This document shows, one piece after another, positions 61,928 to 64,000 of a stretch of DNA of 64,000 nt. The translations under genes were made by a program, and so were the position numbers. Source of the stretch: Octopus sinensis (taxonomy: Eukaryota). A model generated the notes under the pieces. The model searched no databases, was not told the DNA's origin, and worked only from the letters and a program-made list of their open reading frames with translations. The stretch is taken from assembly GCF_006345805.1 (NCBI RefSeq), contig NC_042998.1, positions 164,052,001-164,116,000 on the forward strand. The letters are read 5' to 3'. The stretch's first letter is position 1. Each line of letters begins with the position of its first letter.

Positions 61928-63200
61928 TTAGGTCATCCCATAAGTAATGGCCGAAATTTGGGTAACGAAAAAAAGTGATGTAACATTTTATCAAAATTTA
62001 ATCATCCTTTTATAATTACCATCATTATCGATGACTTCCTTCCATCTTCTCAGCAGTGTTATAATTTCTTTGGTGAAGGCTCTTTTGACTTTGATGAAAA
62101 GAAAGAGAGGTTACTTTCGACCTCTCTGAGGCTTTTCAGTACTAATCCATCTAAATGATTCTGTAAGCTTCGAAACAAATGTTAATCAAGAGCGAGGTCC
62201 GGAGAATAAGCCAGGTGAGGGAATTTTTTCCAGCCATGTTGCTCGATTTTCTTTTCTGATGTAATCTTTGCAATGTGGGGCCTTGCATTATCATGATGAA
62301 ATACCACTTCCTTACGATTCGCCGAAGCAGGCTTATTTTCTTCAAAGCAGCATCCAAACGCTCTAATTGTTGGAAATAAGTGTGAAGAGTAATTGTTGCA
62401 TTCGTTGATAACAGCTCAAAGTGGATGACTCCAGTGCAATCCCAGTAAACAGAAAGAATAACCATTTTTGCATGGAGGTCTTTTTGGGTTGTAATTTGTT
62501 CTCCACTATTAAATCATTGTTGCATCGATTAACATTTTCATAAAAAATCCATTTTTCATCACCAGTCATTATTCTGTCCAAATATGGGGAAATACTTTCA
62601 CGAGAGTGAAGAGATAAGCGGATGTCCACTCGTGATTTTTGGTTGGCTTCTGTGAAATTTTGGGGAACCCATTTTCCGAGTGTGGGTATCTTTCCAAGCT
62701 GTTGAAGAATGATGGTGAACAGTTGAATGGCTTGAATTAAGCTTGCTTGCCAATTCCTCATCTGACACAGCATTATCCTACTCAAGTTCTAACAAAAGAA
62801 GCTCATCATCAAATTCAAAAGGATATCCTATTCATTGTCACTCTCTTAGATTGAATCACCATTTTTGAACTTTGCAAACTATCTACTGCAACTTCTTTCG
62901 TTCAAGTACTCTTCTCTATCAATAGAATGGATATTTCGGTTTGCTTTTATTGCACTGTTTCCCTTTTTGAACTCATAAAGTATTATGTACCTTAAATGCT
63001 CCGTCGATATGTACATGTTTGTGGGGTTAATATTGGTAATTAATTTAATCATATTCTTCTGTAAGAAGAAATTATATTAAGTTAAAGGTTCCCAAATTGA
63101 TATGAGTAGCATCAATACCAGTTGACATTTTAGAGTGCTATAAAATTTGAGAGAAATTACATATATGATATTTCGGACATTATTTATGGGATGGCCTGGC
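61928..63200 (-). mobile_element. Near-full-length (~1.27 kb) decayed mariner element
   Basis: TIRs ttaggtcatcccataagtaatggccgaaa and tttcggacattatttatgggatggcctgg; LGKWVPQNFTE, LDRIMTGDEKWIFY, ILSVYWDCTGVIHFELL; frameshifts. Confidence 0.9.
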
Positions 63201-63418
63201 ATATGGCTGCCGGATAAGAGAAATATGTAATTGTATATAGGTGGGGATAGGAGAAATAAATCACTGCATATATGCGTTGGATGCATAGGTGAAATATGTA
63301 ATTTTATGTATATATTGAGCAGATAAGAGAAATATTTCACTGTATGTATCTGTCGGAAGGATAGGGGAAAATATAGCCAAAGTATAAGACAAATGGACAG
63401 GAGAACTACATTATATAG

Positions 63419-63700
63419 AGGTGAAGGTGCATGGCTTAGTGGTTAGAATGCTACACTCACAACCGCAAGATCTTAGTTTCAATTCCCGGGATGGACAGAA
63501 CTATAGTGGTGAAGGCACATGGCCTAGTGGTTAGAATGTTGCACTCACGATCGCAAGATTTTGGTTTCGATTCCCGAGCGTGCGTTGTGTTTTTGAGGAA
63601 ATCACTTCCTTTCACGTTTCTCCAGTCCTGTCAGCTGCAGATCAGCAACCCTACGACGGACTTCGGTTTTGTTCAGGGGGAACGTTGAGACAGCATGGAA
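63419..63700 (+). mobile_element. SINE family C with a duplicated tRNA-like head
   Basis: ggtgaaggtgcatggcttagtggttagaatg at 63419 and ggtgaaggcacatggcctagtggttagaatg at ~63508; the second continues into the CORE-like domain. Confidence 0.75.
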
Positions 63701-64000
63701 ACCGGATAGACAACCCTATGGGTTTTCGGACTCGCCACTGTGCTTCCATAGGTGCGGATATGAGACGCAATAGAGACTCAGACAGAATTGATTTTTGTCC
63801 AGTTTACTTTACCCTTCATCGTTCTTGTGGTAGAAAAAAGAATTACTACTAAGATCGATGCAAAGAAGCTGGAATTGACCATTATGCAATATAAGTACGA
63901 GCATAGAAATCAAGAAAAATGTAATACCTCAGAGTACACGATGGCTTAAGTGGCTGTAACTTCGAAGTCATTGTCAACAACATTCTTGTTTGGGAACAAT

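Noticed and set aside
63700-64000. Coding-like sequence at the window end
   Set aside because: Multiple stops in all frames and only a vague resemblance to a LINE C-terminal finger; truncated by the window edge

Overview
Eukaryotic, AT-rich, repeat-saturated DNA with dense (TA)n/(TG)n/(CATA)n/(AAT)n/(GA)n microsatellites. The tRNA-headed SINE families and overall composition point to an Octopus genome (inference). I recognise no intact protein-coding gene, and almost all ORF-track entries are microsatellite translations or antisense of TE relics. Supported content: three abundant SINE families (here called A, B, C, about 45 copies), two divergent R4/Dong-like RLE retrotransposon 3' fragments inside (AAT)n tracts, a CRE-like and an RTE LINE fragment, at least six decayed Tc1/mariner-superfamily elements, hAT and TA-target MITEs, local tandem duplications and a 100-N gap (53399-53498). 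The most interesting signals are: (1) several unrelated long fold-back palindromes, the largest about 554 bp with a 6-nt loop; (2) two minimal hammerhead-ribozyme-like motifs that share the same U4>C core variant; (3) a non-tRNA, 5'-truncated repeat family found only in (AAT)n tracts, possibly a non-autonomous partner of the AAT-targeting LINEs; (4) two pre-miRNA-like hairpins; (5) scattered candidate exons, including a 6-nt microexon and a Gln/Thr-rich terminal exon, which I could not assemble into a gene. Coordinates were read by eye; SINE boundaries are approximate (about +/-15 bp).
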